Shown: positions 1-8,974, numbered from the stretch's first letter. The stretch is 64,000 bases of DNA from Nitrospirota bacterium (GCA_040754455.1 JBFMCP010000002.1:96001-160000), one strand, 5' to 3'. Notes: generated from the sequence alone by a model not told the origin. Numbers and translations: made by a program.

Positions 1-4
1 TAGA

Positions 5-433
5 ATGGCAAAGGTAACGAATCAGGAAATCATAGATTTCGGCTTCACGAAAGATATGTTTCGTCAGAGCGACGAGAATGCTTTCAAGTCATATGTCGAT
101 AGTATTATCGCCGAGATAGCGGCAATCCTCTCAGGGAGAATAGGCGAAGCACTCTATTCCTCTGCGATATCGCCCACGGCCGAGTATGTCAAGCGCGCTG
201 AGAAGTGCCTTGTCGCCGCCGAGATGCTTCAGCGGAGGATCAATTTTTACCTGGGGAGCGTCGACGGCACCGAGGGTCTGGATCTCTTTAAGGTCAGACG
301 GCAGAGGGAGGAGTATGTCACCGAAGCTGAAACCCTCATCGCGAAGATCGTCGCCGGGGTGACTACCGACAGCAGCAGCTTTTCATTCGGCACGGTTACC
401 ACGAGCCATTTTGTGGAGGACTCCGATGCTTAG
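5..433 (+). CDS. Putative head-tail connector/adaptor protein
   Basis: 142 aa helical ORF at the head-tail junction; call mostly positional. Confidence 0.5.
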   Translation: MAKVTNQEIIDFGFTKDMFRQSDENAFKSYVDSIIAEIAAILSGRIGEALYSSAISPTAEYVKRAEKCLVAAEMLQRRINFYLGSVDGTEGLDLFKVRRQREEYVTEAETLIAKIVAGVTTDSSSFSFGTVTTSHFVEDSDA

Positions 434-995
434 TCTGCAGGCAAACGTACAGGGCGATAAGCTGGTCATCACCGGATTCCGGCAGCTGGCCGCTGAGACG
501 CCCAAGGCGATCGACAGAGGTCTTGTACGCATTGCGATTGGAGTGCACCGCAATGCTTTTGAATGGCTATCAGGTCCTGGCCGCACAGCGGTCAGGTTGA
601 ACAATAAACGGACTGTCAAGATGCAGGACGGCAATTTCGATGTTAAGGTGCAGCACAAGACGCAAAAGAGAGGCCAGTTCGATATGCTCGGCGGTCGTCC
701 GGGCAGCTACCCGGTGCCTGTTTTAATGGGCAATCTGCGGAACAAGCTCAACTGGCTCAGGCCCGGCGCGTCAAAGACCGCTGACGGAGTCACCTTCCGT
801 GCGGGCCAGCACGAGGTTATCAATTACAACTCAGCCGAGTACGCGGATACCATCCATGAGGGTAAGGGATCATCAGAGAAATACGGCAAACGTCAGTACC
901 TGACCGATGCCCTGGCAAAGTTCAACAGCAGCGATGGCGTCGAAAAGACCATGGACAATGAGGTGCAGAATGAGATCAAAAAATCTGGGCTCTAG
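426..995 (+). CDS. HK97 gp10-like tail completion / virion morphogenesis protein
   Basis: GGAGG at 415-419 before ATG 426; motifs PVxMGNLR, YAxxIHEG, RQYLTDA typical of gp10-like proteins. Confidence 0.65.
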   Translation: MLSLQANVQGDKLVITGFRQLAAETPKAIDRGLVRIAIGVHRNAFEWLSGPGRTAVRLNNKRTVKMQDGNFDVKVQHKTQKRGQFDMLGGRPGSYPVPVLMGNLRNKLNWLRPGASKTADGVTFRAGQHEVINYNSAEYADTIHEGKGSSEKYGKRQYLTDALAKFNSSDGVEKTMDNEVQNEIKKSGL

Positions 996-1024
996 GCACT
1001 GGGCAATAGGAAAGGCAGAGGATA

Positions 1025-1261
1025 ATGTCTCCTGAATGTGAATTCTATCCGAAGTGTCAAGAGGAACGCACTGAGAATAGCGAATTCAAGGGGTATGTGA
1101 AAGCTACCCTTGAGGATATTGATACAGGAGTAAAAAACATTTGGACGGCTATTGATGTGAGCCGGAACGATATTAAGAGCCTCTATTTTAAAGTGGGGTT
1201 GATCAGCGGAGGGACATCCTTGATCGTAAGTCTAGTTGTTTCTTTCATTTTTAAAAAGTGA
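1025..1261 (+). CDS. Small coiled-coil protein with C-terminal TM helix (holin/XhlA-like)
   Basis: C-terminal hydrophobic stretch VGLISGGTSLIVSLVVSFIF; precedes the putative lysin. Confidence 0.5.
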   Translation: MSPECEFYPKCQEERTENSEFKGYVKATLEDIDTGVKNIWTAIDVSRNDIKSLYFKVGLISGGTSLIVSLVVSFIFKK

Positions 1262-1272
1262 GGGAGGAATAG

Positions 1273-1692
1273 ATGAAAACAGTCATCTTAAAACGTATCT
1301 CTATGTTGCGCAATGCAACCTTCGGCGTATTGCTCGACTGCGGAGTTACGCCGCATATGGGCGGCATTCCTTTTGCCGTCACCGTCGAGCGGCCCTGGCT
1401 GAATAATCAAAAGAGCGTATCCTGCATCCCCGCAGGCAAGTACATCTGCAAGCGCGTGAACTCGCCGAAGTTCGGCAACACTTTCGAAGTAACGGCAGTG
1501 CCGGGGCGTGATCATATCCTGTTTCATAAGGGCAACCTCTCTGACGACTCACACGGCTGTATCATTGTCGCTGAGATGTTCGACGCTGTAGGCGGTCAGG
1601 ATGGCATAGCACAGAGTGCGAAAGGTTTCGGGGAATTTCTCTTCAGGCTCAACGGTGAAAATGCTTTTGAGTTAGAGATCATTGAGGTATAG
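1273..1692 (+). CDS. DUF5675-like protein, candidate endolysin
   Basis: Motifs TFGVL, TVERPWLNN, SCIPAGKY, ILFHKGN, DSHGCII; SD GGAGG; lysis-cassette context. Confidence 0.7.
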   Translation: MKTVILKRISMLRNATFGVLLDCGVTPHMGGIPFAVTVERPWLNNQKSVSCIPAGKYICKRVNSPKFGNTFEVTAVPGRDHILFHKGNLSDDSHGCIIVAEMFDAVGGQDGIAQSAKGFGEFLFRLNGENAFELEIIEV

Positions 1693-1875
1693 GTGACGAC
1701 AGATCCCGTGAGAATTCTGACCTTCAAAGAGTGGCTCCAGCAGGCCCCTGAGAAGGGAAAGAAATGTCATCACGATGGACAGCACTGTATCAGGCGCAAC
1801 GAACCGGCCTGTTTTCAGTGCTATGAGCACTATCGTATCGGCTGTATGCCGGGAAGGAAAGGAAAACAGTGTTAA
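1693..1875 (+). CDS. Small Cys-rich hypothetical protein
   Basis: GTG start directly after the upstream stop; 60 aa with several Cys/His. Confidence 0.45.
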   Translation: MTTDPVRILTFKEWLQQAPEKGKKCHHDGQHCIRRNEPACFQCYEHYRIGCMPGRKGKQC

Positions 1876-2270
1876 GCAAGAAATGGAATCCCTGCTGGTG
1901 GTTTGGGAACGAAAACGACCCTGTGGATGGAAGGGATGAGAGTGGGGCTTTAAGACACCCTGAGTTCCCTGTTCTTGTTCTTAAGGTGCGGGGATGGACG
2001 TTGCTGAATCTCTACGTCAAGGAAAGCTCACCGAACTGGTGGCGCCGACTCGGCTGGGCAATACGCAACCCTCTGCACAACTTCACCTTCTTTGTTGTGG
2101 GCATGGCCGACCGACTCGACAATAGACACCCTGACAGGGTGTTCAATCCGCAATCGGGATGGAATATCATTCTGCCCTTTGTCTCCTATAAGGGCAAAAG
2201 ATGGGAGTGGTATTTCGGATGGAGAAACAGGGGCAACTTTGGCATCACGCTAAGGAGAGTGAAATCATGA
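1869..2270 (+). CDS. Trp-rich hypothetical phage protein
   Basis: Overlaps both neighbours; WWFGN and WAIRNP motifs. Confidence 0.55.
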   Translation: MLSKKWNPCWWFGNENDPVDGRDESGALRHPEFPVLVLKVRGWTLLNLYVKESSPNWWRRLGWAIRNPLHNFTFFVVGMADRLDNRHPDRVFNPQSGWNIILPFVSYKGKRWEWYFGWRNRGNFGITLRRVKS

Positions 2271-2491
2271 AGCGATGTCTTGAGCTCATTACTGATGATT
2301 CAGGGAAGCTGTCATTCAGCAGGGTGATGATTATTGTTGTCGTCGTAGTCTATCTCGTCTACGCCGGCGTGGTCGTCATCAAAAAAGGGGAATTGCCTGA
2401 TATCCCTATGGGTGTTGTAGGACTCTTGACGGCCTTGTACGGCTTCAATAAGTTCAGCCCTACCATTCCGTTTACAGGGGGAGGGCAGTAA
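2267..2491 (+). CDS. Putative holin (2 TM helices)
   Basis: TAAGGAG SD before ATG 2267; DDSGKLSFSR followed by two hydrophobic segments. Confidence 0.7.
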   Translation: MKRCLELITDDSGKLSFSRVMIIVVVVVYLVYAGVVVIKKGELPDIPMGVVGLLTALYGFNKFSPTIPFTGGGQ

Positions 2492-3069
2492 TGCCATACC
2501 TTCAGATATTTCGCTTTCTCCTGCCCTACCTTATCGGGGCGATGATTGCAGGCGCAGCGGTGTGGAAAATCCAGGGAGCGCGGATCGACACTCGGGATGC
2601 CGATATCAAGGTTCTCAAGGTGAACAATGAGGCTCTGACGAAAGCAAACCAGAAAAGTCAGGAGAGCATCACAGCGCTCCGGGATGACATTAAAAAGGCA
2701 AAAAGCACCTGTGTCCGGCAGATTGCCATAGAGCAAGAGAAGTGTGACCGCATTGCACACATTGACGCTTTGAAAGGTGGAGGATATGAGAACGATAGCA
2801 TTGTTTTTGGTATTGATGCTGTTCATGCTGAGCTCTTCGGGCTGTTCTACGGTACAGCCGCAGGCAGTGGAAACGCAGTACATAAAGCAGGAGATTCCGC
2901 CGACTCCTTCGGAGCCGCAGCACTATCCTGTGAAGTGGAAGGTGATCGATATAAAGCCGAAAGACTCTACTGTCTCGACGAAGTGAATGCAAAGAACCTG
3001 CTCAAGAACCAGACGCTCGATGCAGCATATCGGGCGCAGCTAATAACCGTCATTGAGGGCATGAGATAA
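2491..3069 (+). CDS. i-spanin (Rz-like)
   Basis: N-terminal TM anchor, coiled coil, embedded lipoprotein ORF in the +1 frame. Confidence 0.75.
   Translation: MPYLQIFRFLLPYLIGAMIAGAAVWKIQGARIDTRDADIKVLKVNNEALTKANQKSQESITALRDDIKKAKSTCVRQIAIEQEKCDRIAHIDALKGGGYENDSIVFGIDAVHAELFGLFYGTAAGSGNAVHKAGDSADSFGAAALSCEVEGDRYKAERLYCLDEVNAKNLLKNQTLDAAYRAQLITVIEGMR
2786..2986 (+). CDS. o-spanin lipoprotein (Rz1-like), nested inside the i-spanin gene
   Basis: Signal peptide MRTIALFLVLMLFMLSSSG-C, Pro-rich mature part, AGGTGGAGG upstream. Confidence 0.75.
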   Translation: MRTIALFLVLMLFMLSSSGCSTVQPQAVETQYIKQEIPPTPSEPQHYPVKWKVIDIKPKDSTVSTK

Positions 3070-3525
3070 ATGGGCTTTCTTCCCGTATTCGACGGCTTCA
3101 AAACGCTCCTCGAAACTGATGCGGATATTATCGCCTTTGTATCCGGCAAGTGGAACGCGACGCTGACGGTCAAGCAGGTGTTTAAAAAGAAGCCGGAAAT
3201 CGGAAATGAGGAAATGCCGATTGTCCTGATAACTGCGCCGAGGACAAAGAAGGAGCAGGAAACCGGGATATCCCACGAGCGGAAGCGGATAGTACGGCTC
3301 TATTGCGGATTTAAACAACACAATAAAGAGCTGGGGGCTCGCGAGATCATAGAGTTTGAGGAGGTGCTCGATAAGGCCATCCTTAAGTCGGACAGTCTGT
3401 TAAGAAGTATTCCTGGCGTCGATAGCATTGAGGCTGGTGACGAGGAGAATGACGAAGGCGCTAACCATCCGGATTACTTTTTGGTCATGGAATATTCGGT
3501 TTTGATGGAAGAAGTTTACGGATAA
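3070..3525 (+). CDS. Putative tail terminator/completion protein
   Basis: 151 aa, sits upstream of the tail tube; positional call. Confidence 0.55.
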   Translation: MGFLPVFDGFKTLLETDADIIAFVSGKWNATLTVKQVFKKKPEIGNEEMPIVLITAPRTKKEQETGISHERKRIVRLYCGFKQHNKELGAREIIEFEEVLDKAILKSDSLLRSIPGVDSIEAGDEENDEGANHPDYFLVMEYSVLMEEVYG

Positions 3526-3546
3526 CTTTAAAGGAGGATCACAGCA

Positions 3547-3810
3547 ATGGCAACAACTCTTAAGGTAACGGCTAAGATCGGGGACACCACGCACCCGAAA
3601 TACGGGTCTCTCAAAAAAGGAGAGTCTTATGAGATCGAACCCGCAGATTTCGGCAGCGAAATATTCGAACCCGTGGAGCTCAAGGTGGGGAACGAACGGT
3701 TCAAAGTCAGCAAGTCAGAGCCGGTCGGCATCATGCTTGCCGGGGCTTTTTTCCGGCTCGATAAGGTTGTGGATCCTCCGGCCTCAAAGAAAACGGAAAA
3801 GGAGGGCTAA
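3547..3810 (+). CDS. Hypothetical phage protein
   Basis: Strong SD AAGGAGG, 87 aa, immediately before the tail tube gene. Confidence 0.6.
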   Translation: MATTLKVTAKIGDTTHPKYGSLKKGESYEIEPADFGSEIFEPVELKVGNERFKVSKSEPVGIMLAGAFFRLDKVVDPPASKKTEKEG

Positions 3811-3813
3811 GCC

Positions 3814-4851
3814 ATGGGAGGCGTAGCGGGCATAGAAGTCAAAGCGGCAATCAAGAAGGCGGCAACATGGGGAACGGCCGTGGCCTGCGGGGCGAACAAC
3901 GGCATTTTGATCCTACCTGATTCGATACGCAAAGACAGGCCGAACAATATAGACGATTCACTGGGACTGTATTTCCCTCAGGACTCTGATCCCGGCGAGA
4001 TTGCGGTAGCGGGCGATCTGCCGGCGTATCTCAGGTATGACGGGCATGACTTGCTCATAGCCCTAGGTGCAGGCAGCACCGGCGGCGCTCCGGTGCAGCA
4101 GGGAGCTACTACAGCGTATCAGCAGACCTTTCCCTTGGCCGACAACAACGACGGCAAGTTTGCGACGCTTGTCCTTAACAAGAAGATCAACATCGAGGAA
4201 TGCACTTCTTCGAAGATCATCGGGTTCACTATAAAAGGTGAAGTAGGTAAGCCGGTCCAGATCATCTATCACACGATCATCGACAACAAGATCACCGATT
4301 CTGTGGTGAACACCCTGGTCACGTTCGCAAACGTCACCTACTTCGAGACGAAGAACCGTGTAATGTTCAACCATGGCATCTTCCGGATGAACGCCCAGGA
4401 CGGCGGCGCGCTCGGTGCCGGAGACAAGATATGGCCGAACAGCTTCGAGCTGAAGTTCATGCGCAAGATGTCCGGCGTGTACGGTGCGGGCGGTACCTTC
4501 AACACGATCGACGAGCCGATGAACGACGGACTGCCGGAAGTGTCGCTCAAGCTCCAGTTCCCGCGGTACACCTCGGCAGCCTACTTCACCGATTGGGAAG
4601 CGGGCAACGCCAAGAAACTGGACATAACGTTTACGGGGGCGATGATTGCCAATCCCTACTACCGCACAGTCAAGATCGAGTTGCCGAACCTGAAGTTCGC
4701 CAATGTCGATGCCCCTACAGAGACAGGGACGATCAAGCACCCGGTGGAGTTCAACTGCCTGGGCTGCGCTGCAGCGCCCACGGGCATGACCACCACAAAG
4801 CCGTTCTTGATAACGGCTATCAACAGACAGTCGGCCGACGTGCTGGCATAA
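3814..4851 (+). CDS. Major tail tube protein
   Basis: 345 aa beta-rich; N-terminal TWGTA and C-terminal ITAINRQSA motifs; followed by chaperones and TMP. Confidence 0.8.
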   Translation: MGGVAGIEVKAAIKKAATWGTAVACGANNGILILPDSIRKDRPNNIDDSLGLYFPQDSDPGEIAVAGDLPAYLRYDGHDLLIALGAGSTGGAPVQQGATTAYQQTFPLADNNDGKFATLVLNKKINIEECTSSKIIGFTIKGEVGKPVQIIYHTIIDNKITDSVVNTLVTFANVTYFETKNRVMFNHGIFRMNAQDGGALGAGDKIWPNSFELKFMRKMSGVYGAGGTFNTIDEPMNDGLPEVSLKLQFPRYTSAAYFTDWEAGNAKKLDITFTGAMIANPYYRTVKIELPNLKFANVDAPTETGTIKHPVEFNCLGCAAAPTGMTTTKPFLITAINRQSADVLA

Positions 4852-4864
4852 AACGGAGGAATAG

Positions 4865-5251
4865 ATGGGAGAGATAGCAGTCTTTGAAAAGGACAAGAAG
4901 CCGAACAAATGGATTCAGTACGATGTGGATACAGAGGTCCTCATCTTTTACCAGGACAGGGAAGACCTGAATGCGATCAGGATAAAGGCTGAGAAAAATG
5001 CACGGCTCACCGGCGCGAACTCAAGCAAGCTTATGGATATCTATCTCGGCAGAAAGGCCGTGGGCGGATGGAGGAAGATCGAGGACCATAAACATCCGGG
5101 CTTGACTATCGGTGGCAAACCGATCGAGTTTAACGAGAGGAACCTCGATATGTTCATGACCAAGAGTAACGAGTTCGCCCGTTTCGTCAATGAAAAGTGT
5201 GTTGACTCCCTGGAGTTTCTGGAGGAGGGCGTGCTCCCAAACGGACAATAG
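4865..5251 (+). CDS. Tail assembly chaperone (G-like)
   Basis: Between tail tube and TMP; ends with slippery heptamer C CCA AAC (5236-5242). Confidence 0.8.
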   Translation: MGEIAVFEKDKKPNKWIQYDVDTEVLIFYQDREDLNAIRIKAEKNARLTGANSSKLMDIYLGRKAVGGWRKIEDHKHPGLTIGGKPIEFNERNLDMFMTKSNEFARFVNEKCVDSLEFLEEGVLPNGQ

Positions 5252-5694
5252 CTTATCCCTTTGATGGGGTAAGCTGCGAGGTCTGTAAGGAGAGGTTGCA
5301 GGAGGAAGGCTCTGAGCCGGCTTGTTTCGAAGGGCAGTGCGCCCAGGAGACCAGGAACCTTATCAGGGCCTTTATCCTTGCGAAGGAGGATTTCCCTGGC
5401 GTCTCTTGTGACGCCTGCCGGGATGCTCTGGAAAAGGACGGCTACGATCCGGAGTGCATCGAGGGAGAGTGCAAGCTTCCTCCTCTCGATCCCCTCGGCG
5501 CAAGGATTCTGGAAATCAGGCAGAGATTGCTCTCGCTTAATGAGCTTGTCGATGCGGGAACAATTTTAAGGCTTTACGATGTTGATCTCGTAGATCTGGA
5601 GTTGCTGGCTGCAGTAGAGGAAGAGTTAAAGGAGCTTCGAGATGAGGAGAACAAGGACAAGAATAATGATCCCGGAAGCAGGCGCGGCAAGTAA
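5236..5694 (+). CDS. Tail assembly chaperone GT extension reached by -1 frameshift
   Basis: The -1 frame is open from CCCAAAC through ORF 5296-5694 and carries a duplicated CxxC motif. Confidence 0.75.
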   Translation, partial: PKRTIAYPFDGVSCEVCKERLQEEGSEPACFEGQCAQETRNLIRAFILAKEDFPGVSCDACRDALEKDGYDPECIEGECKLPPLDPLGARILEIRQRLLSLNELVDAGTILRLYDVDLVDLELLAAVEEELKELRDEENKDKNNDPGSRRGK

Positions 5695-5772
5695 CGCAAA
5701 GAACCCGACGATTCCGCCATATACGACGGCAGCGGATCCGCAGAGCCAGAGTAATGTTTTAAGAAGTCCCAT
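5626..5772 (-). CDS. 48-aa hydrophobic membrane protein (moron, candidate superinfection exclusion)
   Basis: MGLLKTLLWLCGSAAVVYGGIVGFFALLAAPASGIIILVLVLLISKLL*; extended -10 lies 6 nt upstream of the ATG. Confidence 0.6.
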   Translation of the reverse strand: MGLLKTLLWLCGSAAVVYGGIVGFFALLAAPASGIIILVLVLLISKLL

Positions 5773-5778
5773 AAAGGA

Positions 5779-5787
5779 ATTATATCA
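5779..5787 (-). promoter_or_regulatory. Extended -10 promoter TGATATAAT (leaderless transcript)
   Basis: Perfect TGnTATAAT 6 nt before ATG 5772 on the minus strand. Confidence 0.6.
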
Positions 5788-8423
5788 TGGCTGAAATTGC
5801 AATTCATATCCGTGCCAATGACGATGCAACACGAATTTTCAAGAACGTTGCCGACAGTGTGGGTGCTTTCGGTGAAGCCTGCAAGCGTGCCGAGAGCAAG
5901 GTCTGGGATTTCGTCAAGGGACTCGGGGCTTTCGAAATCATCAAGAGTGCCGCCGGCAGGCTGCGGGAGCTCGCTGCCGGCACCCTGGGCGTCGCCTCGT
6001 CGAACGAGCTGTATATAACCACCCTTACTACGCTGCTCGGCTCTCAGGAAGCGGCCAATCAGAAATTTAAGGAGCTTAATGATTTCGCCCGTGCTACGCC
6101 TTTCCAGATTGACGGCTTGATCAAGTCGTTTATCAATATGAAATCCATGGGCCTCGACCCTACCATTGAGACTATGCGCATTCTCGGAGATACCACCGCG
6201 GCCCTCGGAGGGGGCGAGGAAAAGTTTATGGGTATCTCCCGCGCCCTGGGACAGATCCAGACGAAAGGGAAGGTTAGCGCCGAGGAGCTGATGCAGCTTG
6301 CCGAGCAGGGCGTGCCTGCCTACGAGATCCTGAAGCAAAAGCTGGGACTCACGGCGCAAGAGGTGGCCAACATCGGCAACGCGGGGCTTTCCTCTGAAAA
6401 GGCGATACAAGCTCTCCTGTCGGGTATGGGCGATCGATTCGGCGGGCAGATGAGCAGTATGCAAACGACGTGGAAAGGTTTGATAGAGGAAATAAAGAGC
6501 TTCTGGCGTGACTTTGTTTCTTTAGTGGCTGATGCAGGGGCCTTCGACAAACTGAAAGGCTATATCTCAGATCTCCGCGATGCGGTGAACGAGGCCTTTG
6601 ACAGCGGCAAAGCACAGGAGTGGGCGCGGTCAATCTCGTCGGCGGTTGAAACGGCCGTAGGGACCGTGAGAGCCGTAGGCAGTGCAATAGATACGCTTAC
6701 GAGCCAGTTCGATGAGCTCTTTATCATGCTTTCAGCTGGCACGTTGACAGCCATTGCAGTCAATTTCGATGCGATAGTAGCAGCACTCGGACGTTTAACA
6801 GCCGCGTCGTCGATAGCCGGCGCAACCATAGCGCAAGTGATGCTGCCGGCATTGGCCGCGCTCATAGGCTACAAGATCGGGGAGATCGTTGATTATGTTA
6901 CTGACCTGTCCGGAGCCGGCACGCAGCAGATTGATCAAATAATGAGCGATGTTGCTGAAGAACAGAAGTTCCTTGATGAGCGGGCATCGAAGTATAACGA
7001 TACGATCAAAGAGCTGGGGATGAAGTCATATAAGGAGCTGAACGCCGCCATTAAATCGGGTTCTGTTGTAATGGATGAGGCGAGTGGAAAGTGGAAGCGT
7101 TATGTCGAAGAAACGAAAAGCTCAGCGACGGAAAGCGAGGCAGTGAAAAAAGTTATTTCCGGTGCGTCTGAGTCCGTCGAGAGCTTTAAGGTGAAGATCG
7201 ATAACCTCAACCCCTCGGTTGATAAGCTTGCAAAAGAGGAGGCTGAGCTCTACAGGACCGCGGAAAAGCTGTTTAAGGAAATGGATAAACAAAAAGGGTT
7301 GCCGTTCGAAGAGCGCCTGAGAATGCAGCAGCAGATCAATGAGGAGCTGAGGCGCGGCCTTGAATATCTGCGCGAATCGGATGCACGGGAGAAATATATT
7401 CAGCTCGCTGAAAAGGCGAGGGGAGTTATTGAAGAGGAGATCAAGGGGTATGATCGGCTGCGCGACAGCATGGTGAAAGCCTATGACGATGCCATGCAGA
7501 AAGCCCAGGGGTATTACGAGCTGGCGGACAAGCTCAAACAGGCGGCTGATGATTCCCGGTCGAGACGGGCGGCGAGAGAGGCGAGGCCGCTAACACCGGA
7601 TGAGGAATTCGATGCGAACTACAAAAAAATTAAAGACATCTTCAGCAAGGAGAGTCTCAATTTTATTGATCCTGAACGCACGCAGGAGGCTCTGGGCGTC
7701 CTGAATGATTTTGCGGATAAGTATCAGAACTTCCACAACAGCTTCGGTTCCAGCATGGCCTTTGAAATGGGCAGGGCGAATAACATGATCAAAGAGCTGG
7801 AGTCAAAGCTTGATAACATGGCAGTGGACGCAGAGACTTCAGGCCAGGCATGGGAGCGGTTTGCCAATAAACAGATACAGGCGATCCAGTCGGTGGACCA
7901 GTGGGTTGTTTATCTGCACGAGGGAGTGAGCAACCTTAATGCCGATATCACCGCAGTGAAGGAATTCAAGCTCGATGTTTCCTCTGCTCAGGCGAAGCTT
8001 GAGGCGCTTGCTATGCAGATATCTTCGGTGTATCAGATGATGAACAGCGTTTCGCAGCCGCGCGGCTCTGGCGCTGTGGTGACTTCTACCACCTACAGCC
8101 TTGCCGATACCTACAGCCAGCTCCAGGTAAATTCCAACTCGCAGGCATGGGCCGATTACGCCAGTTCGCTGGATTGGAATACTCCTTACCACGGCGGCAC
8201 GCGGTATGTCTCCGAAACAGGGCCTCGCTGGCTGCTTCGCGGTGAAGAGGTCCGCAATCCTCGGGAGGCCAGCAGAGGCAACCAGAACACGACGCAGGTC
8301 GTGTTTTCAGAAGGGAGCATCCAGATCATCTCCCAGGGCAATGGCATATCGGAGCAGGATCTGGATAAAGCGGCCAGGCAGCTGGTGGCAAAAGTCGAAG
8401 AGTATTCCAATAGGAGGTTATAG
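5787..8423 (+). CDS. Tape measure protein
   Basis: 878 aa; tape-measure domain (FARATPF, GQIQTKGKVSAEEL.QLAEQGVP), long helical region. Confidence 0.93.
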   Translation: MAEIAIHIRANDDATRIFKNVADSVGAFGEACKRAESKVWDFVKGLGAFEIIKSAAGRLRELAAGTLGVASSNELYITTLTTLLGSQEAANQKFKELNDFARATPFQIDGLIKSFINMKSMGLDPTIETMRILGDTTAALGGGEEKFMGISRALGQIQTKGKVSAEELMQLAEQGVPAYEILKQKLGLTAQEVANIGNAGLSSEKAIQALLSGMGDRFGGQMSSMQTTWKGLIEEIKSFWRDFVSLVADAGAFDKLKGYISDLRDAVNEAFDSGKAQEWARSISSAVETAVGTVRAVGSAIDTLTSQFDELFIMLSAGTLTAIAVNFDAIVAALGRLTAASSIAGATIAQVMLPALAALIGYKIGEIVDYVTDLSGAGTQQIDQIMSDVAEEQKFLDERASKYNDTIKELGMKSYKELNAAIKSGSVVMDEASGKWKRYVEETKSSATESEAVKKVISGASESVESFKVKIDNLNPSVDKLAKEEAELYRTAEKLFKEMDKQKGLPFEERLRMQQQINEELRRGLEYLRESDAREKYIQLAEKARGVIEEEIKGYDRLRDSMVKAYDDAMQKAQGYYELADKLKQAADDSRSRRAAREARPLTPDEEFDANYKKIKDIFSKESLNFIDPERTQEALGVLNDFADKYQNFHNSFGSSMAFEMGRANNMIKELESKLDNMAVDAETSGQAWERFANKQIQAIQSVDQWVVYLHEGVSNLNADITAVKEFKLDVSSAQAKLEALAMQISSVYQMMNSVSQPRGSGAVVTSTTYSLADTYSQLQVNSNSQAWADYASSLDWNTPYHGGTRYVSETGPRWLLRGEEVRNPREASRGNQNTTQVVFSEGSIQIISQGNGISEQDLDKAARQLVAKVEEYSNRRL

Positions 8424-8425
8424 AT

Positions 8426-8608
8426 ATGGCAAAGAAATCGATGTGGACCATCAGCATGACCCGGTGTACTACCTGTCCGCTCAAAGATGATTGTCCGGAC
8501 AGAGCAGAGATACTCAGAACGCTCTCAGTGCTTACCAATAAGATGCATCTGGACCGTACCACCGAGGGCGGCGCTGCGGGTACGATCATTGTCAACTGCG
8601 GGGCGTAA
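8426..8608 (+). CDS. Small Cys-containing hypothetical protein
   Basis: SD AGGAGG; CxxC-x5-C...C. Confidence 0.55.
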   Translation: MAKKSMWTISMTRCTTCPLKDDCPDRAEILRTLSVLTNKMHLDRTTEGGAAGTIIVNCGA

Positions 8609-8971
8609 GTGAACGTCCGGTTCGATCATGCAAACGGCTCCCTGGTGTTTACCAGGAACCCGGAGCTGCCCCATCCTCAGAGCCTCGAGCTGCTGCAGGC
8701 CGACGAGCGGAGCACCGGAGGAGAGCCGCTTCCGTGTGACTACCTTGCCGAGGAGGGCATTATCGAACGCTACTGGCCGGGCATGCCGAAGATCGATTTC
8801 GACGGCCTGCTTAACTTTTTCAGCAACGTCGTCGACGGCATCAGCAAGATCTTTATTTTTACCGATGCCGACAGCAGCGCGAAGAGCGTAAGATTTGCTT
8901 TTCCTAGGATTGAATGGCAAGAGGTGGCATTTGAAATGTACGCAGTAAAAATACAGCTCAGGGAGGCTTAG
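8609..8971 (+). CDS. Putative distal-tail (Dit/gpM-like) protein
   Basis: 120 aa after the TMP; paralogous to the C-terminus of 10294-11271. Confidence 0.55.
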   Translation: MNVRFDHANGSLVFTRNPELPHPQSLELLQADERSTGGEPLPCDYLAEEGIIERYWPGMPKIDFDGLLNFFSNVVDGISKIFIFTDADSSAKSVRFAFPRIEWQEVAFEMYAVKIQLREA

Positions 8972-8974
8972 ACA

